Source: Rhizaria sp. SCN 62-66
Taxonomy: Eukaryota
NCBI GenBank assembly: GCA_001724265.1
Contig: MEDY01000240.1
Location: 51,126 to 71,125 of the forward strand
DNA length: 20,000 bases
Direction: 5' to 3'
A program made the position numbers and the translations under genes. Shown one piece after another: positions 19,959 through 20,000 of the stretch (positions are counted from its first letter, which is position 1; each line of letters starts with the position of its first letter). The notes beneath the pieces are model-generated. The model did not search any database. It saw only the letters and a program-made list of their open reading frames with translations, and was not told the DNA's origin.

Positions 19959-20000
19959 TTGAGGCACCCCCCATCCCCAATAAACATCCCTAGATTACCA

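Noticed and set aside
19265-19999. A plus-strand frame with no TGA for 245 codons (2 TAA, 2 TAG), which would be an ORF under UAR=Gln
   Set aside because: It is AT-rich, its translation resembles no protein I recognise, its composition differs from the real genes, and such a run is plausible by chance over six frames.
19224-20000. A suppressor tRNA or other tRNA/rRNA in the intergenic DNA
   Set aside because: No cloverleaf or T-loop (GTTCRA) pattern was seen by eye; tRNAscan-SE would be needed to be certain.

Overview
Eukaryotic, GC-rich, gene-dense and intron-poor DNA, probably from a flagellated protist (inferred from the C2CD3-like gene). It holds three large protein-coding genes separated by short AT-rich spacers. 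(1) A minus-strand WD40-repeat protein of more than 1900 aa that runs off the left edge. (2) A divergent plus-strand protein of about 3520 aa with a clear C2CD3-type N-terminal C2 domain and one 150-nt GT-AG intron. (3) A convergent minus-strand WBP11-like splicing factor of 732 aa. Main observation: genes 1 and 2 are each interrupted by exactly one in-frame exonic TAG (2165-2167 minus; 7674-7676 plus, inside a poly-Gln CAA/CAG run). In both cases the same frame continues stop-free, for about 720 and 3050 codons, with no internal TAA, TGA or frameshift. The best explanation is a non-standard nuclear code with UAG read as sense (probably Gln), or stop-codon readthrough. The status of UAA is unresolved: gene 2's TAA is followed three codons later by TGA, and gene 3 ends in TGA. 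Most other ORFs in the track are GC-rich shadow frames. All homology calls come from recalled motifs, not from a database search.
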